Source: an uncultured Candidatus Woesearchaeota archaeon (GTDB lineage Archaea; Nanobdellota; Nanobdellia; Woesearchaeales; B29-G15). From it: a stretch of DNA of 56,679 nt. The notes under the pieces were generated by a model. That model had not been told where the DNA came from, ran no database searches, and worked only from the letters and a program-made list of their open reading frames with translations. The translations under genes were made by a program, and so were the position numbers. The stretch spans positions 1 to 56,679 of the forward strand of contig CAIWSB010000030.1 in NCBI GenBank assembly GCA_903915225.1. The letters run 5' to 3'. Position 1 is the stretch's first letter. Each line of letters opens with the position of its first letter. Positions 17,518 to 23,397 of the stretch are shown piece by piece.

Positions 17518-17939
17518 CCCAAAAACCTCCTGTAGAATGGCCGGCTCTCCCTTGCTCCAATGGTAGAATCCCCTTTGAGTGCCTCTTTTACCTCGAGGAC
17601 AGCCTTCTTTCGCTCGGCATCCGCCCTTTCCTCCTCTTTTTGCAAGTACGCTCTTTTGACAGTCTCATAGACGCGTTTTGCCTGCCCTGGAGTCAGCGAT
17701 GTGAGCTTAGTTTCCCCCAATTTTAATGAGGCTTGATAAGAGTGAATTGTCCTATTAGGTAATAATTCGTTAATCTTAGTGCGAACCGCCATTGATGCGC
17801 TCACAAGTATACTTTTATTAGAGCCATTAGGAGTGTAAACCCCGGTGTAGGCAATATCATATTCTCTCTTATCGCGTTTCCACTCAGGAACGCCCTTGAC
17901 AATTGTTACAATCTCCTCAAGCGAAAGTTTTGTTGCCAT
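17514..17939 (-). CDS. Array paralog, single module, type F, unknown function
   Basis: 141 aa. 'LSLEEIVTIVKGVPEW', 'PGQAKRVYETV', tail 'RPFYRRFLG'. 4-nt gap to the upstream gene, AGGT 9 nt upstream of the ATG. Confidence 0.8.
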   Translation of the reverse strand: MATKLSLEEIVTIVKGVPEWKRDKREYDIAYTGVYTPNGSNKSILVSASMAVRTKINELLPNRTIHSYQASLKLGETKLTSLTPGQAKRVYETVKRAYLQKEEERADAERKKAVLEVKEALKGDSTIGARESRPFYRRFLG

Positions 17940-17943
17940 GGTC

Positions 17944-18312
17944 TTAACCTATATGGTATTCTAGGGCGTTTTTACCATCCCTAGCCCTAACTTGATAATT
18001 CTCATCCAATCTCTTTTGTGTGGTGGCCTGGATTTTCCCATAAAGCTTCTCAATCTCTGCACCCTCAAAATGGCATAATACCCCCGAGGAATCCGAGTAC
18101 ATCAGTGTGAATTCGCTTCCAGGTTTCAGAATCTCAAATCTGTATTTGTCTCCCGCATAAAAGATTTCACGGTAGTATCCAATAATGTTGTCACCTTCGT
18201 TATTGAGGATGACTTGCCAATCATTTACCTTTTCTGAAAAAGCAACCAAATCCTCAAGCTTTACACCGGTTCCTTTAGCATCCTCGCTCACAAATCTGAA
18301 TAAGTCTGTCAT
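17944..18312 (-). CDS. Array paralog, single module, type G, unknown function
   Basis: 122 aa. 'LEDLVAFSEKVNDWQVILNNEGDNIIGY', 'GAEIEKLYGKI'. No ER/K spacer and no WYRR tail. AGGTGAT 7 nt upstream of the ATG; this SD contains the TGA stop of the upstream gene. Confidence 0.75.
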   Translation of the reverse strand: MTDLFRFVSEDAKGTGVKLEDLVAFSEKVNDWQVILNNEGDNIIGYYREIFYAGDKYRFEILKPGSEFTLMYSDSSGVLCHFEGAEIEKLYGKIQATTQKRLDENYQVRARDGKNALEYHIG

Positions 18313-18319
18313 TTTTCAA

Positions 18320-18703
18320 TCACCTTAAAAAGCGCATCCCACGCTTGGCCCTCTCGGCCCTCTCTTTGAATTGTTCATCAATGAGCTTTTGGTGACAGCT
18401 GTTAATCCCCTCATAAAGCCCCGCAACCATTTCCCCCTCAAAATAGGATAAAATCCCTTGAGAGTCAGAGAGCGTCAATGTGAAGGCTGCTCCTGGCTTT
18501 CGTATCTCTAAATGGTAAACCTTGGGATTATAGGTAGAGGAGGAATTTCTGAAGTCCCTGCTAAACCCTATGATGTTGTCACCTTCATCGTTTAGGATAT
18601 GCTGCCAACCACTTTCTGTTATCTTGACCAGATTCTCCAACTCATCCAGTGAAGGACCGCATCCCTTAAAATCCGGGCTGACAAGCTTGTAATTGTCGCT
18701 CAT
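18320..18703 (-). CDS. Array paralog, single module, type G, unknown function
   Basis: 127 aa. 'LDELENLVKITESGWQHILNDEGDNIIGF', 'GEMVAGLYEGI'. ATGA overlap upstream. Confidence 0.75.
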   Translation of the reverse strand: MSDNYKLVSPDFKGCGPSLDELENLVKITESGWQHILNDEGDNIIGFSRDFRNSSSTYNPKVYHLEIRKPGAAFTLTLSDSQGILSYFEGEMVAGLYEGINSCHQKLIDEQFKERAERAKRGMRFLR

Positions 18704-19194
18704 TTTTTCTCAGCTCCCCGTGCAATGCTTATTACCTCAGCTGCCCGCTTCACAGATGAGCCATACACCTCATTGACCCTGCTGAGATACTCCTCCTCAA
18801 CCTTCCTGTAAAGCCGCTCAACCTCAGGTGAGGATTTCTTTGCAAGGATCTTTGGACCATCAGCCACACTCATGGGTGTTTCATCATGTAGGAATTGGTA
18901 GAGGTCTCGTGTCTTTCCTGAGTCCCAAGCAACTATCATATAGCCCTCGCCTGGCTTTCTCAACTCAACTTTGAAAGAATATGAAGTTGGCAGTCCTTTA
19001 TTTTCGCTATACCTTAGCCATGGCAGGTTGGCCTCGCCAATAAAGCCGGTCATGTTGTCCCCTTCATTATTAAACACAGGGACCCATTCCTTAACTAGCC
19101 CTGCAAGATACAATAAATCCTCCAAATCTGGCCCCATGGCCATGCGATCATCAGCTACCTTGCTAAAATCCCATTCTGTTTTTTGTCGGTTCAT
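18700..19194 (-). CDS. First gene of the array, single module, type G, unknown function
   Basis: 164 aa from ATG 19194 (MNRQKTEW...). 'LEDLLYLAGLVKEWVPVFNNEGDNMTGF', 'SPEVERLYRKV'. The track ORF extends to a TTG at 19407, but that extension has no similarity to the other type G genes. GGTGAG lies 4 nt upstream of ATG 19194. Confidence 0.7.
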   Translation of the reverse strand: MNRQKTEWDFSKVADDRMAMGPDLEDLLYLAGLVKEWVPVFNNEGDNMTGFIGEANLPWLRYSENKGLPTSYSFKVELRKPGEGYMIVAWDSGKTRDLYQFLHDETPMSVADGPKILAKKSSPEVERLYRKVEEEYLSRVNEVYGSSVKRAAEVISIARGAEKK

Positions 19195-19199
19195 TCCAC

Positions 19200-19295
19200 T
19201 CACCAGTTTACAGCTACATCTGTAGCAATAATTATCATTAAATTCCCCCAAATTACCTAACTGTATAGTGGTAACTCCTTGTTTAAAAAGGTTTT
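19200..19295 (-). promoter_or_regulatory. Candidate promoter region of the array
   Basis: On the minus strand there are AT-rich TATA-like boxes: 'CTTTTTAAAC' (plus-strand coordinates 19282-19289) and 'AATTTAATGATAATTATT' (19227-19243). This is the only sizeable non-coding stretch upstream of the first array gene. The exact box cannot be decided from sequence. Confidence 0.35.
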
Positions 19296-19397
19296 GGCTG
19301 TTTTCTCTCGAGAAAGCCAAAAAACATGCCCAAACCGAGCCAAAGGAGGAAAAAGGAGTATAGAGGGTTTTTTTTGTCGTCAATATACCTTTTAAAG

Positions 19398-19490
19398 GCA
19401 GCAACAACCCTGGCGGCCGTCGTCGCTAACGCTCCTCCCGGGGCACCCCGTAAGGGACAACCCCCGCCCCGGCGGCGCCACTGTTGCTGC
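19398..19490. ncRNA. GC-rich 93-nt hairpin element, copy A (candidate structured sRNA or MITE-like repeat)
   Basis: Perfect 9-nt terminal inverted repeat GCAGCAACA...TGTTGCTGC. Inner GGCGGCCG/CGGCGGCGCC pairing and a central CCCC-GTAA-GGG hairpin. Second copy at 34678..34769. Intergenic. Strand not determinable. Confidence 0.5.
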
Positions 19491-19503
19491 TCGCTACATC
19501 AGT

Positions 19504-19511
19504 TTTATAAA
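19504..19511 (+). promoter_or_regulatory. TATA box (TTTATAAA)
   Basis: Consensus-like archaeal TATA, centred about 32 nt upstream of ATG 19540. It is near-palindromic, so it could also fire toward the GC-rich element on the minus strand. Confidence 0.4.
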
Positions 19512-19539
19512 TAGTGCCCAATTTTCTCAAGCCGAGGTG

Positions 19540-19698
19540 ATGTCCATGGATCTAAAATTCACGTTAAGCGGCCCCAGGGGCAAGACCTGCGCAGACTGCT
19601 CCCATTTCCAGGCCCCAAAGCCAGGCTTGCTAAATGGAATGTGCTTCAATCATGAAGTCCCGGCCACAGCAGGGTGCAATTTCTTCAGGAAAAAGTGA
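19540..19698 (+). CDS. Small Cys-rich protein (52 aa, or 50 aa from ATG 19546), unknown function
   Basis: Not in the ORF track because it is under 60 aa. MSMDLKFTLSGPRGKTCADCSHFQAPKPGLLNGMCFNHEVPATAGCNFFRKK has four Cys (CxxC plus two single Cys). GAGGTG lies immediately upstream and a TATA box at 19504. Confidence 0.4.
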   Translation: MSMDLKFTLSGPRGKTCADCSHFQAPKPGLLNGMCFNHEVPATAGCNFFRKK

Positions 19699-19700
19699 CT

Positions 19701-20705
19701 TCACACAGAATAGAACATGAAGTTAAGGATTATGAATACAACATAGACTAGGATAAGGATAATACCCTCATGCCTGAGGATTGCAGCCTGCTTCCTCAAA
19801 TGCCCGTGGAATATGAATACCATCATCAGGAATGTCATGAAAATCATCATCGGGATGTCAAGGTAGAGCCATCTTTTCTCAATTGTGAACGGGGCAATGG
19901 TTGCCAGTAATCCAAGTGTGACAAGAAGTGTGAAAATATCAGACCCGAATGTCTCTGTGATTGCTATCTTGGTGTAATTCTTTACTGTCCCGCGGACAGC
20001 AGCAGCAATATTGGGGAGTGATGGGCCAATTGCTCCAAGAGTCAGCCCGATAATCACATCTGATAGTCCCGTGAACTGGGCCATCCTGATTAATGACTCG
20101 GAAAACAGATAGGAGCCAACCAGGAGAAATGCAGAGCCCAGGAAAAAGAGCCCAATGCCAGCTTTCATCTTGATTGCCCCAAGACCGATAACATCCAGCT
20201 CCTGCTTAATCTCCTTAAGTTCCTCTTCCCTGTGCTTCTTGGAGCTCCACTTCTCAAAGAACCAGACGTTGAGGATGTAGGGCACGAACAGGAGCATTAG
20301 CGTAATCCCCTCTTTCCTGTCAAATGTGAAGTCGGATCCAAACAGGAACACAATGATTGTGATTATCAATGCAAAAATACCATCCCTGACAACAACGCGC
20401 TTGTCAACAGAGAGCGGCTTGATTGTCGCGCTGAGCCCAGTCATGAGGCTGATGTTGCAGATTATAGAGCCAATGATGACACCCAGTGAAATCCCTACAT
20501 GCCCCATGAAGAAAGCATAGAGCGACACAAAAATCTCGGGTATGCTCAGCATTATGGACACAAGAATCGAGGCGACTGCAATATAGCTAGTCCCGAGGCG
20601 GTCTGCCACTGGGATTAAAGAGTCGGTGAGCCAGTCCGAGCCCTTTGTGAGCATTATTGTTCCCACAATTAGCACAAACGCGGTTAACAGGACTAGGGCA
20701 ATCAT
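19701..20705 (-). CDS. Ca2+/cation antiporter (CaCA / YrbG-like Na+/Ca2+ exchanger family)
   Basis: Multi-TM protein with two alpha-repeat-like motifs, 'SIPEIFVSL' and 'ETFGSDIFTLLV'. Start set to ATG 20705 (MIALVLL...), typical of the family. The track ORF extends to 20822. Confidence 0.75.
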   Translation of the reverse strand: MIALVLLTAFVLIVGTIMLTKGSDWLTDSLIPVADRLGTSYIAVASILVSIMLSIPEIFVSLYAFFMGHVGISLGVIIGSIICNISLMTGLSATIKPLSVDKRVVVRDGIFALIITIIVFLFGSDFTFDRKEGITLMLLFVPYILNVWFFEKWSSKKHREEELKEIKQELDVIGLGAIKMKAGIGLFFLGSAFLLVGSYLFSESLIRMAQFTGLSDVIIGLTLGAIGPSLPNIAAAVRGTVKNYTKIAITETFGSDIFTLLVTLGLLATIAPFTIEKRWLYLDIPMMIFMTFLMMVFIFHGHLRKQAAILRHEGIILILVYVVFIILNFMFYSV

Positions 20706-20846
20706 TACTAAATGATTTGCACCGGAGATTAATAAATTTATTGGAAAAACAGCTCCCAGTAGCCAAATTTGGCTATTTAAAATATAATAATGCAATGCAA
20801 GAATGCTTAAAAAGTCCAACACCCTATTTGAAAAAGGGTGATTTAA

Positions 20847-21218
20847 ATGAAAAAAATACTGTTTGTCTTGTTAATACTGTCTGTTGTGCTTTTGGGTTGT
20901 ACTTCCCAGAAGTCACCCGCACCAGCAGGCGGACTTGGAATAAAAAATGACGTTGAAATCTCCGGCTTTGCATTCGCACCTGCAAGTATAACCGTTCCTC
21001 TCGGGACAACAGTAATCTGGACGAACAAGGACGCAGCGCCACACACGATAGTCTCAGATTCAGGGAATGAAATCCAATCAGGCACCCTAAATCAAGGTGG
21101 CACATTCGCTCACTTGTTCGAGCACCCGGGTACGTTTGGCTACCACTGCAGCATACACCCCTCTATGAAAGGGACTGTAATTGTGCAGGACACCGGGGCA
21201 ACCGGGACCCAGCGTTAA
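20847..21218 (+). CDS. Cupredoxin (plastocyanin/amicyanin-like blue copper lipoprotein)
   Basis: Signal peptide with lipobox 'LLGC'. Type-1 Cu ligands: 'APHTIV' plus 'YHCSIHPSMKG' (His, Cys, His, Met). GGGTGAT 5 nt upstream of the ATG. Confidence 0.85.
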   Translation: MKKILFVLLILSVVLLGCTSQKSPAPAGGLGIKNDVEISGFAFAPASITVPLGTTVIWTNKDAAPHTIVSDSGNEIQSGTLNQGGTFAHLFEHPGTFGYHCSIHPSMKGTVIVQDTGATGTQR

Positions 21219-21248
21219 GCTTAAAAGATTCCCTCCATTACCCTATTT

Positions 21249-21860
21249 ATGACAGAGAGGATTCTGTTACCTAGTGAACAGGAAGTCTCAAAATACCTTC
21301 TAGATACACTAAGGCATGTGTTCCATGTTGAGTATTTCATATACCATCTAAAAATGGGCAATTCCCCAATTCAGCGCCCCCATGACATTCTTGGCGAGGG
21401 CAACAAGTTTGAGTGGGAGGTTATCTCTGGGCTTTCCCTGCAGAACCGGACACCAAAGGTGGATTTTGAAACATACATATAGCCTGCATTAAACAGGCAC
21501 AGGCTCCAGCACCACCACTTGATGTGGAACGAACCAAACCCTGCAGCCAAACCACAGGACATGTTTCTTGGGGCAATTGATGCAACATGCTCGCTCTTGG
21601 AGAACCGCGCATACCAGGGCGGCTCGCACGGCTATAAAGAGGTAAAGCAGATTCTTGACAATAACCCGGTCCATAAGATCCCATGGACGAAAATAATTGT
21701 CCCGAGAATGGCAATCCAACCTCAGCCCGACCTGGAGAAAATAACCCGCATCGAAAATTTCCCCAATATCGGCGTGCCAGAATTAATCTATGAGAAAATA
21801 GTTTACCGGGCTGCAGAGACAATCTCAATGCTCCAGCAGCGCGGGTATGCCCTGAAATAA
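21249..21860 (+). pseudogene. Hypothetical His-rich protein interrupted by one in-frame TAG (21480..21482)
   Basis: Track ORFs 21249..21482 and 21519..21860 are in the same frame. The sequence between them reads through as ...ETYI*PALNRHRLQHHHLMWNE... with no other stop. 'RPHDILG' and 'HHHLMW' suggest a metal-binding protein. Confidence 0.5.
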
Positions 21861-21864
21861 TTAA

Positions 21865-22185
21865 CTACAATGCGAAAATTTCCCTATCTTCACTCATTGC
21901 CCTAACATAAGGCTTCTGTGCAACTGCATATGCCTGGTTCCTTGTCATGCTAGCATACAAGGTGTTAATCAAATACAGCTTGCTCCCATCTGGAACAGTT
22001 ACCCCAAACGCTTTCTCCAGATCTGTGATCACATTATCCAATCTGTAATCTCCTGTAATCTCAACAATGCAGCGCACCCGTTGACCTTTTTTCAACCCGC
22101 GCAACTGCTTATCCAGCTCAGGTGAGACGACCCTATCGTGTTTCGTGGTTAACATCTTTTCAATGTCATTTTGTGTTTGTTTCAT
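21865..22185 (-). CDS. Small hypothetical protein (possibly propeptide/inhibitor-I9-like)
   Basis: 106 aa from ATG 22185, which sits 26 nt downstream of a TATA box. The C-terminus 'YVRAMSEDREIFAL' loosely resembles subtilase propeptides. The functional call is weak. Confidence 0.5.
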   Translation of the reverse strand: MKQTQNDIEKMLTTKHDRVVSPELDKQLRGLKKGQRVRCIVEITGDYRLDNVITDLEKAFGVTVPDGSKLYLINTLYASMTRNQAYAVAQKPYVRAMSEDREIFAL

Positions 22186-22207
22186 AGAGATATTAAGTAA
22201 GAGAATA

Positions 22208-22215
22208 ATTATAAA
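22208..22215 (-). promoter_or_regulatory. TATA box (TTTATAAT on the minus strand)
   Basis: Centred about 26 nt upstream of ATG 22185, which implies a leaderless transcript. Confidence 0.45.
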
Positions 22216-22245
22216 CTTTCGGGGGGTAAAATACACAATTGTGTA

Positions 22246-22689
22246 CTATAAATCCTCTTCAGAAATTACCTTTATCCCGTGTGCTTTGAGCAGAGCAGCT
22301 GTTACACCGTGACCCTTCTTCAGAATTTTTGAGAAGCTCCCATCATAAATCTGGCCGATGCCGCATGACGGGCTGTGCGACTTGAGTATTGCTTCGGTGA
22401 CATTATACATCTTGGCAATTCCAAGCACCTCTTTGGCTCCGCGGACGTAATGCTTGGTGACATCCTTATCCCCTTGATGCACCACACGCGCACGCCCCTC
22501 GAGGACATCATGCCCGTCGCCACCAACAATCTCTGAACTCGGCCTTGGTATCAAAAGCCCGCCGAGCTGTTCAGGGCATATAGGTATGAGTGTCTCTTTT
22601 TTTGCCAGCTCCAGGACCTTTTCATGGGGCCTGCTGGAGCCATCGAACCTGCACTTGTGGCCCATAAGGCAGGCACTGCACAGCTTCAT
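22246..22689 (-). CDS. DUF523 family protein (2-thiouracil desulfurase-like)
   Basis: 'CSACLMGHKCRFDG', 'ICPEQLGG', 'SPSCG'. Length 147 aa is typical of DUF523. Confidence 0.8.
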   Translation of the reverse strand: MKLCSACLMGHKCRFDGSSRPHEKVLELAKKETLIPICPEQLGGLLIPRPSSEIVGGDGHDVLEGRARVVHQGDKDVTKHYVRGAKEVLGIAKMYNVTEAILKSHSPSCGIGQIYDGSFSKILKKGHGVTAALLKAHGIKVISEEDL

Positions 22690-22725
22690 AATTATACTAT
22701 ATGTGCATGTTATTAAAAAAAGTTT

Positions 22726-23367
22726 CTAATTTGTGAGGTATGTATTTACCTCTTCCCTCAATTTTATCTGATTCTTGTAGGTGAAGTAGAGCATAAGCTC
22801 CACTGCATTCGTGCTGGCAGATGCCTTGATGGCGTCCAGAATTAGTTTCTTCGCCTTGAGCACGTTCGAAAGTTCCCCATTTGCCATGTTGTAGAATTCC
22901 AGGCATGCATCCAGGTCCGGACGAAGCAATGTAACGCCCTTGGCGTCAGCGCCAATGCCCTGGTATTTTGTCTCCATCTCCTCCTGAGTTGGAACAATAG
23001 CCCTATAGTCATTGACTACTGCATCCTTGCCATTTTTGGCTAATTCCACAAGGGCATGGTACGACTTCTTGCCCCATTTTGCCAGTGGAGTCCCATCTGC
23101 AAACTTTTTGGCCTTCTCAGCATCAAACTTGCCATCTGTGTAGAATGTGTCCTGCAGCCTCTGCCTGGTTTCGCCGTACACCTTCTGGGTTCCATCAATC
23201 ATGTCGTCAACAATGTCTGCAAGGTTTCCGAAAAACCCTTCCCTCTTGTCCACCTGCCTCTCTATTTCTCCAATTGTTCCATATAACTTCTCCTTCCCGA
23301 TTCCAAACAAGTCCTTAAAGCCCTCACCAATCTTGCCTAAAGCTTCCTTTGCATTTTTCTCGCCCAT
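22726..23367 (-). CDS. Operon protein 8, unknown function
   Basis: 213 aa from ATG 23367 (GGGGTG 8 nt upstream). The track start at 23376 is a GTG. Helical composition, no recognisable motifs. Confidence 0.7.
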   Translation of the reverse strand: MGEKNAKEALGKIGEGFKDLFGIGKEKLYGTIGEIERQVDKREGFFGNLADIVDDMIDGTQKVYGETRQRLQDTFYTDGKFDAEKAKKFADGTPLAKWGKKSYHALVELAKNGKDAVVNDYRAIVPTQEEMETKYQGIGADAKGVTLLRPDLDACLEFYNMANGELSNVLKAKKLILDAIKASASTNAVELMLYFTYKNQIKLREEVNTYLTN

Positions 23368-23397
23368 GTTCAACACCCCTAATAATTATATTGAAAT

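Larger units (their letters stand above)
1..19194 (-). repeat. Tandem co-directional array of 38 paralogous ORFs (about 49 copies of one protein module)
   Basis: All ORFs are on the minus strand and no gap exceeds 7 nt. They share a module: [ST]L[ED][ED][ILVM]xx[MIV]AxxVxxW, then YxG, then Gx[DE]Axx[LIV][YF][ED]xA. There are 8 sequence types arranged in blocks. Confidence 0.9.

Noticed and set aside
44-18703. ATGA junctions acting as -1 frameshift or TGA read-through sites that would make one giant polyprotein, or a TGA-recoding genetic code.
   Set aside because: The next ORF is in a different frame, so read-through would not fuse the genes. No X XXY YYZ slippery heptamer lies in the zero frame. 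Every junction has a well-spaced SD and ATG. TGA also ends well-defined family proteins at the expected length elsewhere in the window (aIF-2B-like isomerase, aldolase-like). Termination-reinitiation is the simpler reading, and proteomics could still test it.
1-19194. Reading the periodic array as a CRISPR array or a non-coding satellite repeat.
   Set aside because: The units are 340-860 bp, are open in a single frame with protein-level (not nucleotide-level) conservation, and each has its own SD, ATG and stop. There are no short direct repeats with spacers.
19326-19514. A 62-aa P/R/A-rich plus-strand ORF, and the minus-strand ORF 34706..35074, both crossing the GC-rich elements.
   Set aside because: Their composition is a by-product of the GC-rich hairpin sequence. 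The two copies differ by indels that break any common frame.
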